From Thermostichus sp. DRC_bins_24 (GTDB lineage Bacteria > Cyanobacteriota > Cyanobacteriia > Thermostichales > Thermostichaceae): a stretch of DNA of 64,000 bases. The stretch is from NCBI GenBank assembly GCA_039794845.1, contig JAUQVK010000086.1, positions 12,589 to 76,588 of the forward strand. Reading direction: 5' to 3'. A program made the translations under genes and the position numbers. Under the pieces are notes generated by a model, which saw only the letters and a program-made list of their open reading frames with translations, ran no database searches and was not told the origin of the DNA. Below, piece by piece: positions 30,487-39,873 of the stretch (within the stretch, counting starts at the first letter, position 1; each line of letters starts with the position of its first letter).

Positions 30487-30750
30487 AGTCTTCAAGAGTG
30501 CCTGAAGAGGAGGGAAAGGCTGCTCCCAGGAACTCTCAACGAGCACCAATACAGCCCTTGCGCGGGTTTTCTACAGCAGGGATTGTGATTCCTGCTCTCG
30601 CTATGCGAGGCCCGGAGGGCCATCCTTCTAGAGAGTGGATCTCAACTTCCACAGTTGTTATACGTGACTAGCGAAAGGGCTGTTAGTCTTCAAGAGTGTC
30701 TAAAAAAGAGGAGGGAAAGGCTGCTCCTAGATGATCTCAGCGAACCCCCA
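30487..30750 (+). repeat. Imperfect ~63-bp direct repeat pair (30487-30549 and 30685-30750) flanking MITE copy 4
   Basis: AGTCTTCAAGAGTG...GAGGAGGGAAAGGCTGCTCC present in both. Confidence 0.85.
30550..30684 (+). mobile_element. MITE family A, copy 4
   Basis: TACAGCCCTTGCGCGGG...AAAGGGCTGTT. Confidence 0.85.
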
Positions 30751-30774
30751 AAAGGCCAGGAGATTTAGTTCTTC

Positions 30775-30914
30775 GGGCGCATCCCAGCTATGCAAGTTTG
30801 CCCTCATCCCCCAGCCCCTTCTCCCAAGAAGGGAGAAGGGGAACCGGATTGGAAGTCCCTCTCCCGCTTTGGGAGAGGGATTTAGGGTGAGGGTTACAAA
30901 AGTGGGATACACCC
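30775..30914. mobile_element. Small inverted-repeat element with two internal REP-like hairpins
   Basis: Ends GGGCGCATCCCA / TGGGATACACCC; hairpins CCCCTTCTCCC-aagaa-GGGAGAAGGGG (30815-30841) and TCCCTCTCCC-gcttt-GGGAGAGGGA (30856-30880). Confidence 0.75.
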
Positions 30915-31217
30915 CCCTCCTAATAGTTTGTCATGAATAAAACCGAAGCAGAAATAGTCAGATGGGATTCTTTGTATTTGCTTTGGCTTGGTTCATGGAT
31001 TCTGAGGAGTTTTGTTTTGCCATTTCTGGGTTGCTTTAATCCCAGATGAACCTCTGGTATTTGCAGGGGTTTGAGAGGGATATCCTTCTCGGATCTTGGC
31101 GGGCGATCTGGGGCAGGGTTGGGTTCACAGAGGGATCCCCCCTGTTCAACCGAACTTTTGGGATCCATAGGGCAAGCTCAGTGCTAGCCTAGTAAGGCTG
31201 TATTCTCCTGCACGGTC

Positions 31218-31400
31218 ATGGCTGTTCCCAAGAAGAAAACCTCCAAATCCCGCAGCCGCAAGCGCTACGCCACCTGGACTCACAAGGCGACATTACAGGC
31301 CCAACGGGCAATGACCATCGGACGCTCGATTTTGACCGGTCGCAACACCGGCTTCTACTACCCAGATGCCAAATCTGAAGAAGAGGACGAAGAAGAATAA
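31218..31400 (+). CDS. rpmF: 50S ribosomal protein L32
   Basis: MAVPKKKTSKSRSRKRYATW. Confidence 0.95.
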   Translation: MAVPKKKTSKSRSRKRYATWTHKATLQAQRAMTIGRSILTGRNTGFYYPDAKSEEEDEEE

Positions 31401-31406
31401 AGGCTA

Positions 31407-31505
31407 GGGCACATCGAAAAATCCAAGCCTTATTGAGAATGGCAACGATAGAACAGGGTTTCTAGCCTTATCTGATTTGCAACAAGGCAATTCATCGAAG
31501 TGCCC
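31407..31505. mobile_element. Possible 99-bp MITE with GGGCAC(A/T)TCGA termini
   Basis: GGGCACATCGA...TCGAAGTGCCC (10/11 inverted match); similarity extends inward to GCCTT.TTG. Confidence 0.5.
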
Positions 31506-31616
31506 GCCGGTTTTGCGGCTCCCTGCTGTTGGCCAAGTGATTACACTGGATTAGAACTGGATCCGTTAGAGAAGAGTTCTTCGGAGTCCTGTTGTTTCGC
31601 TCGTCTTCAGGCTTGC

Positions 31617-32015
31617 ATGCACTCGTTGACCTTCCTCACCTACTACCAACGGCTGGGCCTGTCTCCAGGGGCATCTCCTGAGGCCATTCGGCGGGCCTAT
31701 CGGCAGCTGAGCAAACGCTACCACCCCGACACTTCTCCTCTGGCTCCTGAAGTGGCGATTCGGCGTTTTCAGGAGCTGCAGGAAGCTTATCTCGTCCTCA
31801 GCAACCCGGTGCAGCGGGCCACCTACGATGCCAGCTTGCGAGCGGTCACCTCCAGTCTGGGATCCTTCGATGCCGACTCTCTCGAGTTGCGCATGGAAAC
31901 CCGGCCTCTCTCGGGGGGTGAGATCTGTGCTCTACTGCTGATGGGGGCCACCTTTGTAGTGTGCTTGGTGTTGGCGGGCACCCTGGCTTGGCTGCGGGAG
32001 GGTGGGGCGGGCTGA
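31617..32015 (+). CDS. J-domain (DnaJ type III) protein with C-terminal TM
   Basis: YYQRLGL...IRRAYRQLSKRYHPD. Confidence 0.9.
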   Translation: MHSLTFLTYYQRLGLSPGASPEAIRRAYRQLSKRYHPDTSPLAPEVAIRRFQELQEAYLVLSNPVQRATYDASLRAVTSSLGSFDADSLELRMETRPLSGGEICALLLMGATFVVCLVLAGTLAWLREGGAG

Positions 32016-32093
32016 TGGCTCAGTGTCGATCGAGATCGAGAGTGCTTGAGTTGGAATCCCTATCCGATTTGGTTGCGTTTCCTTGAGCTTGCC

Positions 32094-32357
32094 ATGCCTT
32101 TGCCCCCTGCCAACACGCCCCTGTACAACCATCCTCTCCACGCCATTGAGCGTTGGTTGGAGGATCAAGGCTGCACCCGTGATCCGGAGGATGTGGAGCA
32201 GTGGTTTTGCGAACGACCTCGTTGGAAAGCCTGCCTGCGCTTGGATGAAACTACCATTTGGGTGCGTTACACCTACCAGGATGGCAACACCAAAACGCTG
32301 TCCTTTCCCTATTCCCTCAGCCGTGGGGATGTGGAGCAGGCGATCTTTGAGGACTAG
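32094..32357 (+). CDS. Conserved cyanobacterial protein (DUF3143-like)
   Basis: LPPANTPLYNHPLHAIERWL...FPYSLSRGDVEQAIF. Confidence 0.8.
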   Translation: MPLPPANTPLYNHPLHAIERWLEDQGCTRDPEDVEQWFCERPRWKACLRLDETTIWVRYTYQDGNTKTLSFPYSLSRGDVEQAIFED

Positions 32358-32363
32358 CGAGCC

Positions 32364-33122
32364 ATGCGCATTCTGCAATTGCCCGTCCTGCGCGATAACT
32401 ACGTCTACCTGCTGCACGATCCTGACACGGCAACAGCAGCAGTGGTAGATCCGGCGGTGGCCGAACCGGTGCTAGAAAAACTGGCGGAGCTGCAGGCAGA
32501 ACTGGTGGCGATTTTGAATACCCACCATCATCACGACCATGTTGGGGGAAATCAGCCGTTGTTGGCCCGTTATCCGCAGGCGGCGGTCTATGCCAGTGGG
32601 GTGGATCGGGGGCGGATCCCGGGGCAGACGGTGGCGTTGGCGGCGGGGGATACGGTTCCGTTCAACGGCCACACAGCAACCGTTTTGTTTGTGCCAGGTC
32701 ATACTCGCGGCCACATCGCCTATTACTTTGCCGACAGTGGGGATCTGTTTTGTGGAGATACCCTTTTTGCCGGTGGGTGTGGACGGCTGTTTGAGGGTAC
32801 CCCCCAACAAATGCTGGGATCCCTGGATCAACTGCGCCAGCTACCGGAACCCACACGGGTGTGGTGTGCCCACGAATACACCCTCAACAATCTCAAATTT
32901 GCCCTGACGGTGGATGGAGATAACCCCGACCTCCAGGCTCGCTATCGGGCTGTGGAGGCCCTGCGCCAGGCGGGATCCCCGACTGTACCCAGCACCATTG
33001 GCGAAGAACGGCGCACCAATCCTTTTTTGCGTTGGGATCAACCCGCCCTACAAGCTGCCGCCGGGATCCAAGCGCCGGATCGGGTATTGGCTCGCATTCG
33101 GGGCATGAAGGATCACTTCTAA
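32364..33122 (+). CDS. gloB: Hydroxyacylglutathione hydrolase (glyoxalase II)
   Basis: [41 protein letters not shown]. Confidence 0.95.
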   Translation: MRILQLPVLRDNYVYLLHDPDTATAAVVDPAVAEPVLEKLAELQAELVAILNTHHHHDHVGGNQPLLARYPQAAVYASGVDRGRIPGQTVALAAGDTVPFNGHTATVLFVPGHTRGHIAYYFADSGDLFCGDTLFAGGCGRLFEGTPQQMLGSLDQLRQLPEPTRVWCAHEYTLNNLKFALTVDGDNPDLQARYRAVEALRQAGSPTVPSTIGEERRTNPFLRWDQPALQAAAGIQAPDRVLARIRGMKDHF

Positions 33123-33290
33123 AACCCTCCTTCTCGAGCACCCTTCACCCTTTAGGCGCAAACATTGTCAGGGAGCTTAACCCAACTTTAAGGTTCATCT
33201 CTCCGAGATTTCCCTTGGAAAGGCAGGACATGCTGGTAAAATGAGATACATGACTTGAGTGTAAGTCGCTCAGCAATCTCCCGACGCCCT

Positions 33291-34406
33291 ATGTCTTGTT
33301 CTGCCTGTGAAGCTCTGCCTGTCCTTCCGCAGGGGCCAGGGCGGTTGTTTCTCTGGTTGCCGATTCCCCATAGCCACCGCAAATTGCTCACGGCTTTAGC
33401 CGCAGACGCTGTAAAAGCTGAACCCTCGGCAGATCAGGGCATTCGAGCCTTAGAAAACCTGGGCTTGGTGATCCCAATCCGGGGGAAAAGGTTGCAACCC
33501 ACCCTAGAGCGAATCGCTGGGATCCTTGCTGCCGAAGAAATGCACGCCAGTCGGGCTTTGTTTTTGCCGGGGGAAACACAGCCCCGATGGCAGGATTGTG
33601 GGCGGGTGGAGCCGTTGCCACAATTGTTACACCGGGCCCAAGCGGAGCTTTTGTTGCAGGTTTTAACGGAAAACCGATTGACCAGCTATTTTCAGCCCAT
33701 CGTCTGTGCGCGGGATCCCGGTCAGGTGGTGGCCCACGAAGCCTTGATGCGGGGTATGGAGGCCGATGGGAAGGTGGTCAGCCCTGGCCCCCTCTTTGCC
33801 ATGGCGCGTCAGGCTCATTTGATCTACCAATTGGATTTGGCTGCCCGCCGCACGGCCATTCAAGTGGCAACCCAGCAGAACCTAGAGGGGGATCTGTTTA
33901 TCAACTTCAACCCCACCGCCATTTACGATCCGGCCTTTTGTTTGCGCTCCACCGTTTGGGCCATTACTCGTTCCGGGATCCCGCCTGAGCGGGTGGTGTT
34001 TGAGGTGAACGAGTCGGATCGCAGCCCAGATATTCAACATCTGCAAGAGATATTACGGTTTTATCGGGAGGTGGGCTTTCGCGTTGCCCTAGACGATCTC
34101 GGTGCTGGCTATGCCTCGTTGAACTTGATCCATCAGTTGCACCCTGACCTGATCAAGCTGGATATGCAGTTGATTCGAGGGGTGGATCAGGATCCCTACA
34201 AAGCGATCATTGCCCAGAAAATCCTGGAACTGGCCCAAAGCCTGGGGATCACCACTGTTGCAGAGGGGGTAGAAACTCCCGAGGAGCTGCAGTGGGTACA
34301 AGAGCACGGTGTGGATCTGGTGCAGGGCTTTTTGATCGGTAAACCCGCCCCGACTCCGGTTCGGCAAAATTGGCCTCAAGATGCGGGCATACTTCCCCCG
34401 GGCTAA
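33291..34406 (+). CDS. EAL-domain c-di-GMP phosphodiesterase
   Basis: FQPIV, HEALMRG, FINFNP, ALDDLGAG, IKLD, AEGVET, QGF. Confidence 0.9.
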   Translation: MSCSACEALPVLPQGPGRLFLWLPIPHSHRKLLTALAADAVKAEPSADQGIRALENLGLVIPIRGKRLQPTLERIAGILAAEEMHASRALFLPGETQPRWQDCGRVEPLPQLLHRAQAELLLQVLTENRLTSYFQPIVCARDPGQVVAHEALMRGMEADGKVVSPGPLFAMARQAHLIYQLDLAARRTAIQVATQQNLEGDLFINFNPTAIYDPAFCLRSTVWAITRSGIPPERVVFEVNESDRSPDIQHLQEILRFYREVGFRVALDDLGAGYASLNLIHQLHPDLIKLDMQLIRGVDQDPYKAIIAQKILELAQSLGITTVAEGVETPEELQWVQEHGVDLVQGFLIGKPAPTPVRQNWPQDAGILPPG

Positions 34407-34409
34407 GCT

Positions 34410-35597
34410 CTAGCTCGGTCGCCGCAGATGGGATCCCGCGGAAGAAAACAGCAGCGCCACCAAGATGGCCGCCCCCAACCCTTGCGCTGCTACAGAAAAG
34501 ATCACCAGACCCCGCAAAGACCAATCGTAGAGAACCCCCATGAGAGCACTGCCCAAAAACCAAGCCAATCCATAGGCACTGGTAAACAGTCCAAAGGCCA
34601 AGCCCCGCCGCTCAGGAGTCACCATCCCCGCTACGGCGGCCTTCATGATCGACTCCTGTGCCCCCATGCCGATGCCCCAGAGGGTCATGCCCAGCAACGC
34701 CAGATCGTAGCGACCGGAAAAGGCGAAGGGAGCAAAGCCGCAGGCCACCACCACCGCCCCCACCAAGCTCCACAGCCCAATGCGGTCAAAGAGCCAACCA
34801 CAGCCCAGCGCCGCCACCGCATCCACGCCCATGGCCAGGGCATAGAGCAACGGGATCCCCACGCCCTCACTCCCCTCCGCATTGACCTGCTGCAGATGCA
34901 ACGCAATCAAAGGAAAATCGGCAAACCCCATCGCCACAGCGGCGGCAGCCAGCAAATACAGCCAAAAAACCTTGGGTAAGCCTTTTGTTTCCAGTGCCGG
35001 AGAATGGGGTTCAAACTCCCTCGGGTTGGGATAAAGCCATTGCCCAAGTCCCAAAACGGCCAACCCCAGCAAAGCAGGGATCCCGAGCACCAGAAACCCA
35101 CCGCGAAACCCGTGCCCTGCCCAGATCATCGCCGCCACCATCAGCGGCCCGCCCACGGCCCCAATCTGATCCAAGGTCTCGTGGATCCCAAAGCCTAGGC
35201 CCCGGCCCACCTGCATCGCTGCATGCGAGAGCAACACATCCCGCGGTGGGGTACGGATCCCTTTGCCGGTGCGTTCCGCCAGCAAGAGTAAGGCCGCCAC
35301 AGGCCAACTGCCCACCCAGGCCAAAGCGGGGATCACAGCCGTGTTGATCAAGTAGCCCAAGGTGGTGAGCTGCCAGTAGCGCCCGCTGCGGTCGCTCAAG
35401 AACCCCACCCCCAAGCGCAGCCCATAGGCCAACAGCTCGCCGCCGCCCGCCACCAACCCGACAACGGTGCCGCTTGCTCCTAGGGATCCGAGAAAGGCCC
35501 CGGAAATGCTGCGGGCTCCCTCATAGGTGGCATCGGCACAAAGACTGACAATTCCCAGCAACAGAATGAAGCGAAGGGCACTGGGTGAATGGGGCAT
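34410..35597 (-). CDS. MFS transporter
   Basis: ~12 TM helices; GFLSDRSGR, ERTGKGIRTPPRD, LDQIGAVGGP. Confidence 0.9.
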   Translation of the reverse strand: MPHSPSALRFILLLGIVSLCADATYEGARSISGAFLGSLGASGTVVGLVAGGGELLAYGLRLGVGFLSDRSGRYWQLTTLGYLINTAVIPALAWVGSWPVAALLLLAERTGKGIRTPPRDVLLSHAAMQVGRGLGFGIHETLDQIGAVGGPLMVAAMIWAGHGFRGGFLVLGIPALLGLAVLGLGQWLYPNPREFEPHSPALETKGLPKVFWLYLLAAAAVAMGFADFPLIALHLQQVNAEGSEGVGIPLLYALAMGVDAVAALGCGWLFDRIGLWSLVGAVVVACGFAPFAFSGRYDLALLGMTLWGIGMGAQESIMKAAVAGMVTPERRGLAFGLFTSAYGLAWFLGSALMGVLYDWSLRGLVIFSVAAQGLGAAILVALLFSSAGSHLRRPS

Positions 35598-35654
35598 GAA
35601 CGGCTCCTTAAGAATGGGGAATGGGATTCGGACTCAGGGGCTGACTTATTGCAG

Positions 35655-35987
35655 CTAGGGGACATGATGCAGAATTTCCACCCGATGAAAGGTAACCAAC
35701 CCATCGGAGATCATGGTTTTGACCTCCGGCAAGAAAGCTTCTATTTTTTCCGCCTCGTCGATGAACGTCACCCAAATGGGCAGGTCGGTGGACAGCTCCA
35801 AAAGGCTGCTGCTGCGAATACGGCTGTTGCGGCCAAAGCCCGCGATCGCTCTCACTACGGTGCCCCCAGCCAAACCTCGCTGACGGGCCAATTCCAACAG
35901 CGCCAAGTAAAGGGGCTTACCCTGCCAACGATTGGACTCGCCGATGTAGATGTCCAGTTGATAAACGGTTGCCTCACTGCCGAGCAT
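35655..35987 (-). CDS. DUF190 (PII-like) protein, CrcB-associated
   Basis: IYIGES.RWQGKPLY...GGTVVRAIAGFG...LSTDLPI. Confidence 0.88.
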   Translation of the reverse strand: MLGSEATVYQLDIYIGESNRWQGKPLYLALLELARQRGLAGGTVVRAIAGFGRNSRIRSSSLLELSTDLPIWVTFIDEAEKIEAFLPEVKTMISDGLVTFHRVEILHHVP

Positions 35988-36000
35988 GGGTGTTCTCCAG

Positions 36001-36438
36001 CTATTTCCAGAATCGTGCCAACAGGATCCCGAGCTCCATGGCCACCGCCCCAAACAGGGAGGAGCCCAGCCAATAAAAAAGCCCAGTGCCGAAGCGATGT
36101 TGTTGCCAGAGGCTAAAGCTATCCAGCTCATAGGTGGAAAAGGTGGTGAAGGAGCCCAGAAAGCCCACCCCCACCAGCAGACGGACTTCCGGAGAGATGC
36201 TGGCACGTTCCATGGCCAGGGTCATAAACCAACCCATCGCCCCGCAGCCCGATAGGTTGATGATCAGGGTCCCATAGGGAAAGCTGGGGCCAAAGTGCTC
36301 GGCAAACCAGAGGGAAAGATAGTAGCGGCTTAGGGATCCGCCAATAGCACCCAAGCCAATGGCAAAAGGGACTCTCAAACCGGGAGATGCCAAGGAATGG
36401 CTGAGGTGACTCCACACCGATTGCATCCAGAGGCTCAT
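36001..36438 (-). CDS. crcB: Fluoride channel Fluc/CrcB
   Basis: GAIGGSLSRY, FPYGTLIINLSG, GFLGSFTTFSTY. Confidence 0.95.
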   Translation of the reverse strand: MSLWMQSVWSHLSHSLASPGLRVPFAIGLGAIGGSLSRYYLSLWFAEHFGPSFPYGTLIINLSGCGAMGWFMTLAMERASISPEVRLLVGVGFLGSFTTFSTYELDSFSLWQQHRFGTGLFYWLGSSLFGAVAMELGILLARFWK

Positions 36439-36450
36439 GGCTGCTCCTCG

Positions 36451-38151
36451 CTAGCTCTCTTTGGGAAGCGAAGGTTCTTGTCCGTTGGGTAAAGCTCTGG
36501 CGCTGAGCTTCCGATGACCCTCCGCCGTCGTAAAGCCGTTCTCCTCCACCAAGATCACCGGAATCGGGCTGGTTTCCAACACTGCTTGTGACGTGGATCC
36601 CACCAACACCTGATCCCAACCGCGATGGCCGCGTTTGCCCATCACCACATCCGTCACCTGCCGTTCGCTGGCCATCTCCACGATCGTTTCCGCCAGGGGC
36701 CCAGAGCGCAGGCAAAATTGGTAGCGAATATCCGCCAAGAGCCGTTGGCTTAACTGCTGCAACTGTTGCGCTGGGATCCCTTGGGGTTGATCCGTGACGT
36801 GCAACACGATCACCTCCCCCTCCACCCGCCGTGCCAAATCCGCCACCTTGCGCAGCACCGCCTCCGCCAGAGGAGAGGTATCCACCGCTGCCAAAAAGCT
36901 GACCTTGCCCTGGCTGCCCACCTTGGTGGGATCCACCTCCCCTTTTGCCAGCAGTTTGGGGGCAAACACCTGGGTGGACCAAGCCCCCAGCGGAGCCGTC
37001 ACCAAAATTGACAAAGCCGCCAGCGCCAAAATCGTCTCTCCTCCCGCCAGCCCCTCCGCCAACGGGATCCCACCAATCGCCGCCTGTACCGTCGCCTTGG
37101 CCATATTTCCCGGCAACAGAAACAGCCGCTCCCGCAGGTTCCAGTTGCTCCCCAGTGTCGAAAGCCACCAGCCCAAGCCCCGACCCACCATGAGTCCCAA
37201 GCTTAACAGCAGGATCCCCGGCAAAAACACGGATCCCAGCACCGAGAGGTTCAATGCCGCCCCCAGCAGCACAAACAAAACGATCTCCGCCACCGTCCAG
37301 AGGGCATCGAAACCACTGCGCAACCGCCGCGCCAAAGGGGCATCCAACTCGATCAAGAAAAAGCCCATGGCCATCGCCGCCAAATACCCAGAAAAATACG
37401 GCCAGACCCGCGGGAAAATCACCAGCCACAGGGCCATACAGGCCGCCAGCAGCACATCCTGCACCGTGTTGCGCGTCCAATTTTGCCGGGTGAGCAAGGA
37501 CACCAAAGCCCGTGCCCCCAGGTAGCCCATGACCAAGCCCATCCCGATTTCGATCACCACCTGAAAGGGCAGCCACTGCAACGGCGAGAGTTCCCAGCCC
37601 AAAAGATGGACGCTTTCGCCCCTGCCTTGGCCTAAAAAACTGAGCAACAGGCTAAACACCAACAGCAACAACACATCCGAAAGGGCGCTGCCGGTCAAGA
37701 TTGCATCCGGGATCCCTTTGGTCACCCCCCAGCCCAAACTTTTCAACCGCAACATCCCCGGCACGATCACCGCCGGTGACTCTGCCCCAATCACACAGCC
37801 GAGCAGCAACCCGGTGGGGAAATCCAACCCGAACAGGCCCATCCCCAGCAGCGCCACTATCACTGCCTCACAAGCTGCCGGTAAAAAGCCCAGGCGCAGC
37901 GCCACGGATCCCTGTTGGGCCAATTTCTCTCGATCCAGCCCTAGGCCCGCCTTCATCAAAATGATCATCACCGCCAGCACCCGCAGATCATCGGCTGCCG
38001 CCAGCACCTCCCCCGAGAGCACATTCCCCATCTGGGGCCCCAGCAGGATCCCGACGCCGATCATCCCCAGCAACGGGGGCATGCCCAGCCGACCGACGAT
38101 TTGGCCGACGAAAAACCCCATTCCCAACATCCACAACCAACTGCCCAGCAT
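36451..38151 (-). CDS. Cation/proton antiporter fused to a C-terminal universal stress (USP) domain
   Basis: Multi-TM, AESPAVIVP, KATVQAAIG; USP motif VVMGKRGHRGWDQVLVGSTSQAVL. Confidence 0.88.
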   Translation of the reverse strand: MLGSWLWMLGMGFFVGQIVGRLGMPPLLGMIGVGILLGPQMGNVLSGEVLAAADDLRVLAVMIILMKAGLGLDREKLAQQGSVALRLGFLPAACEAVIVALLGMGLFGLDFPTGLLLGCVIGAESPAVIVPGMLRLKSLGWGVTKGIPDAILTGSALSDVLLLLVFSLLLSFLGQGRGESVHLLGWELSPLQWLPFQVVIEIGMGLVMGYLGARALVSLLTRQNWTRNTVQDVLLAACMALWLVIFPRVWPYFSGYLAAMAMGFFLIELDAPLARRLRSGFDALWTVAEIVLFVLLGAALNLSVLGSVFLPGILLLSLGLMVGRGLGWWLSTLGSNWNLRERLFLLPGNMAKATVQAAIGGIPLAEGLAGGETILALAALSILVTAPLGAWSTQVFAPKLLAKGEVDPTKVGSQGKVSFLAAVDTSPLAEAVLRKVADLARRVEGEVIVLHVTDQPQGIPAQQLQQLSQRLLADIRYQFCLRSGPLAETIVEMASERQVTDVVMGKRGHRGWDQVLVGSTSQAVLETSPIPVILVEENGFTTAEGHRKLSARALPNGQEPSLPKES

Positions 38152-38238
38152 GAACGGATCCCTCTCCTTCAGTCGTGGTGTTGAGGGGCAATCCAGTGGG
38201 ATAAAGTCAAAGGTCTCCGTTCAGTGAACCCAAAATCG

Positions 38239-38278
38239 AAAACCCCTACCCCCTGGACAAACCCAGAAGTGTAGGAGT
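38239..38278 (-). terminator. Riboswitch expression-platform terminator
   Basis: Minus strand ACTCCTAC-a-CTTCTGG-loop-CCAGGGG-GTAGGGGT-TTT, overlapping the aptamer 3' strand. Confidence 0.7.
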
Positions 38279-38348
38279 CATCAGCCTCTTGATCACGGTG
38301 ACAGCAAAAGTCGGAAAATTTGAGGCGGTTTCGGTGAACTCCATCACC
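38271..38348 (-). ncRNA. Fluoride (crcB) riboswitch aptamer
   Basis: Minus strand GGTGATGGAGTTCACC-gAAACCGCCTC...GAGGCTGATGACTCCTAC, upstream of the crcB operon. Confidence 0.93.
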
Positions 38349-38440
38349 TGTTGCTAAGGCAGACCCTTAAGCCTGCCCACAACCCATTGCTCTACAGAGT
38401 ATCACAAGAGTTCCTCCTCTTCCTGTATCTATCTTCTCCC

Positions 38441-39136
38441 TCAATCCACCGCAACCAAGCGATAGGGGTGACCGGGGCGCTCGATGGAGCGATAAAAATC
38501 GGAACAAACATTGTGGGTGAGGCGGTCGCTCATGCTGCGGGTGACCTTTTGTACCACCTGGTTGGCCACCCGACGCACCAATCGGTGGGGCAGCACCTGT
38601 AAAAACCCGGGCAAAGCCAGCCAAATGTCCAAATGCAGATCCCAATGAACACGGGTGGTGGGTGAAAGCCCGCTGTCGCCGGCGAGTTCCGGGGATCCGC
38701 TCAGCTCCTCCAACCGGAAGGTTGCCCGGCAATCGACGCGGTAGGGCATGGCGGCATCGCCCGGCAGCTCAATGGAGGTCAGGCGGAACACATCATTCTC
38801 GTCGGGCCAGATTTTTACCCCAAAACAGGGCTCGAGCTCGAAACCCAACCCGCCAATGCGAAAGAACTCCAGCTTGTAGCTGTCTGCAGACAATGCCTCC
38901 ACCTGCAGTGGCTTGAAGCAGCGTTGGATCCACTGGGAGTGGCCCCGCAGGTAGTGCGCCAGGGTTTCTCGATCCGTTTCCAGATCCACCTGTCCGCGCC
39001 GTGTTGCCCGTAAATCCAGTCGCGTTAGCGGGACGAAGTCCTTGTGGGCTTTGGCTAGCTGCTGCTGTTCAGAGGCTGCATCGCAATCCTGACCATCATT
39101 TGCTGGAACGACGGGCTTGGAGCTGGCGATAGACAT
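38441..39136 (-). CDS. DUF1997-like conserved protein
   Basis: [12 protein letters not shown]...[18 protein letters not shown]. Confidence 0.75.
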   Translation of the reverse strand: MSIASSKPVVPANDGQDCDAASEQQQLAKAHKDFVPLTRLDLRATRRGQVDLETDRETLAHYLRGHSQWIQRCFKPLQVEALSADSYKLEFFRIGGLGFELEPCFGVKIWPDENDVFRLTSIELPGDAAMPYRVDCRATFRLEELSGSPELAGDSGLSPTTRVHWDLHLDIWLALPGFLQVLPHRLVRRVANQVVQKVTRSMSDRLTHNVCSDFYRSIERPGHPYRLVAVD

Positions 39137-39794
39137 CTTTGATATCCACCTGATGATATGCGAGAGCCACAAGACAGTGATACCAAAGGTCGGCAACCTC
39201 GCTGGCAATCGCTGTGGGCTCCTGGTCTTTGACGGCCATCACCACCTCGGCGGTTTCCTCACCGAGTTTTTTGAGGATGGCATTGTCTCCCTTGGCCAGC
39301 AGGGTGCTGGTGTAGGAGGTGGGGCTGGGATCCGCCTGACGGGCTTTCACCACAGCGAACACTTGGGAAAGCGTATCAGCTGCAGGGGGAAGGCTACTTG
39401 CGCTTTTCAGCAAGGGCCGGAAGAAGCAGCTACGGGCTCCGGTATGACAGGCTACATCCCCAACCTGCTCCACTGTAATCAACAGTGCATCGCTGTCGCA
39501 GTCGTAACGGATTTGTTTGACCCATTGTACATGTCCAGAAGTTTCTCCTTTGGCCCAAAGGGCCTGGCGAGAGCGACTCCAGAACCAGGTGCGGCCCGTT
39601 TCCAAGGTTTTCTGCAGGGATCCCCGGTTCATCCAGGCCATCATCAACACCGTCCCATCCAAATAATCTTGAACGATGGCGGGGATCAGGCCCTGCTCGT
39701 TGTAGCTGAGGCTATCCAAACAGGCCAACTCCTCCGGGGAAAGAGCCCGACCGGTCGAAGATGGAGACGGGTCAGCAGCTGAAACAGCAAGCAT
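39096..39794 (-). CDS. hisIE: Bifunctional phosphoribosyl-AMP cyclohydrolase / phosphoribosyl-ATP diphosphatase
   Basis: [37 protein letters not shown]. Confidence 0.95.
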   Translation of the reverse strand: MLAVSAADPSPSSTGRALSPEELACLDSLSYNEQGLIPAIVQDYLDGTVLMMAWMNRGSLQKTLETGRTWFWSRSRQALWAKGETSGHVQWVKQIRYDCDSDALLITVEQVGDVACHTGARSCFFRPLLKSASSLPPAADTLSQVFAVVKARQADPSPTSYTSTLLAKGDNAILKKLGEETAEVVMAVKDQEPTAIASEVADLWYHCLVALAYHQVDIKDVYRQLQARRSSK

Positions 39795-39873
39795 GGCGTG
39801 GCTTCACCGAAAGACATGAGTGCAGGATAACAGGGTAAACCACCACGGGCATATCCGCCATTTCACGGGTCAT

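Noticed and set aside
30487..30750. CRISPR-like repeat-spacer-repeat
   Set aside because: Only two imperfect ~63-bp repeats, the 'spacer' is a MITE, and there are no cas genes.
30920..31168. 82-aa ORF upstream of rpmF
   Set aside because: No motif or RBS; probably promoter or intergenic DNA.
33176..33194. Pho-box-like CTTAACCC-aac-TTTAAGGT upstream of the EAL gene
   Set aside because: The second half-site is poor and there is no third repeat.
36128..37576. 482-aa alternative-frame ORF (also antisense ORFs 41413-42465, 60980-61915 and 14067-15026)
   Set aside because: These are frame or antisense shadows of well-supported genes in GC-rich DNA and have no motifs.
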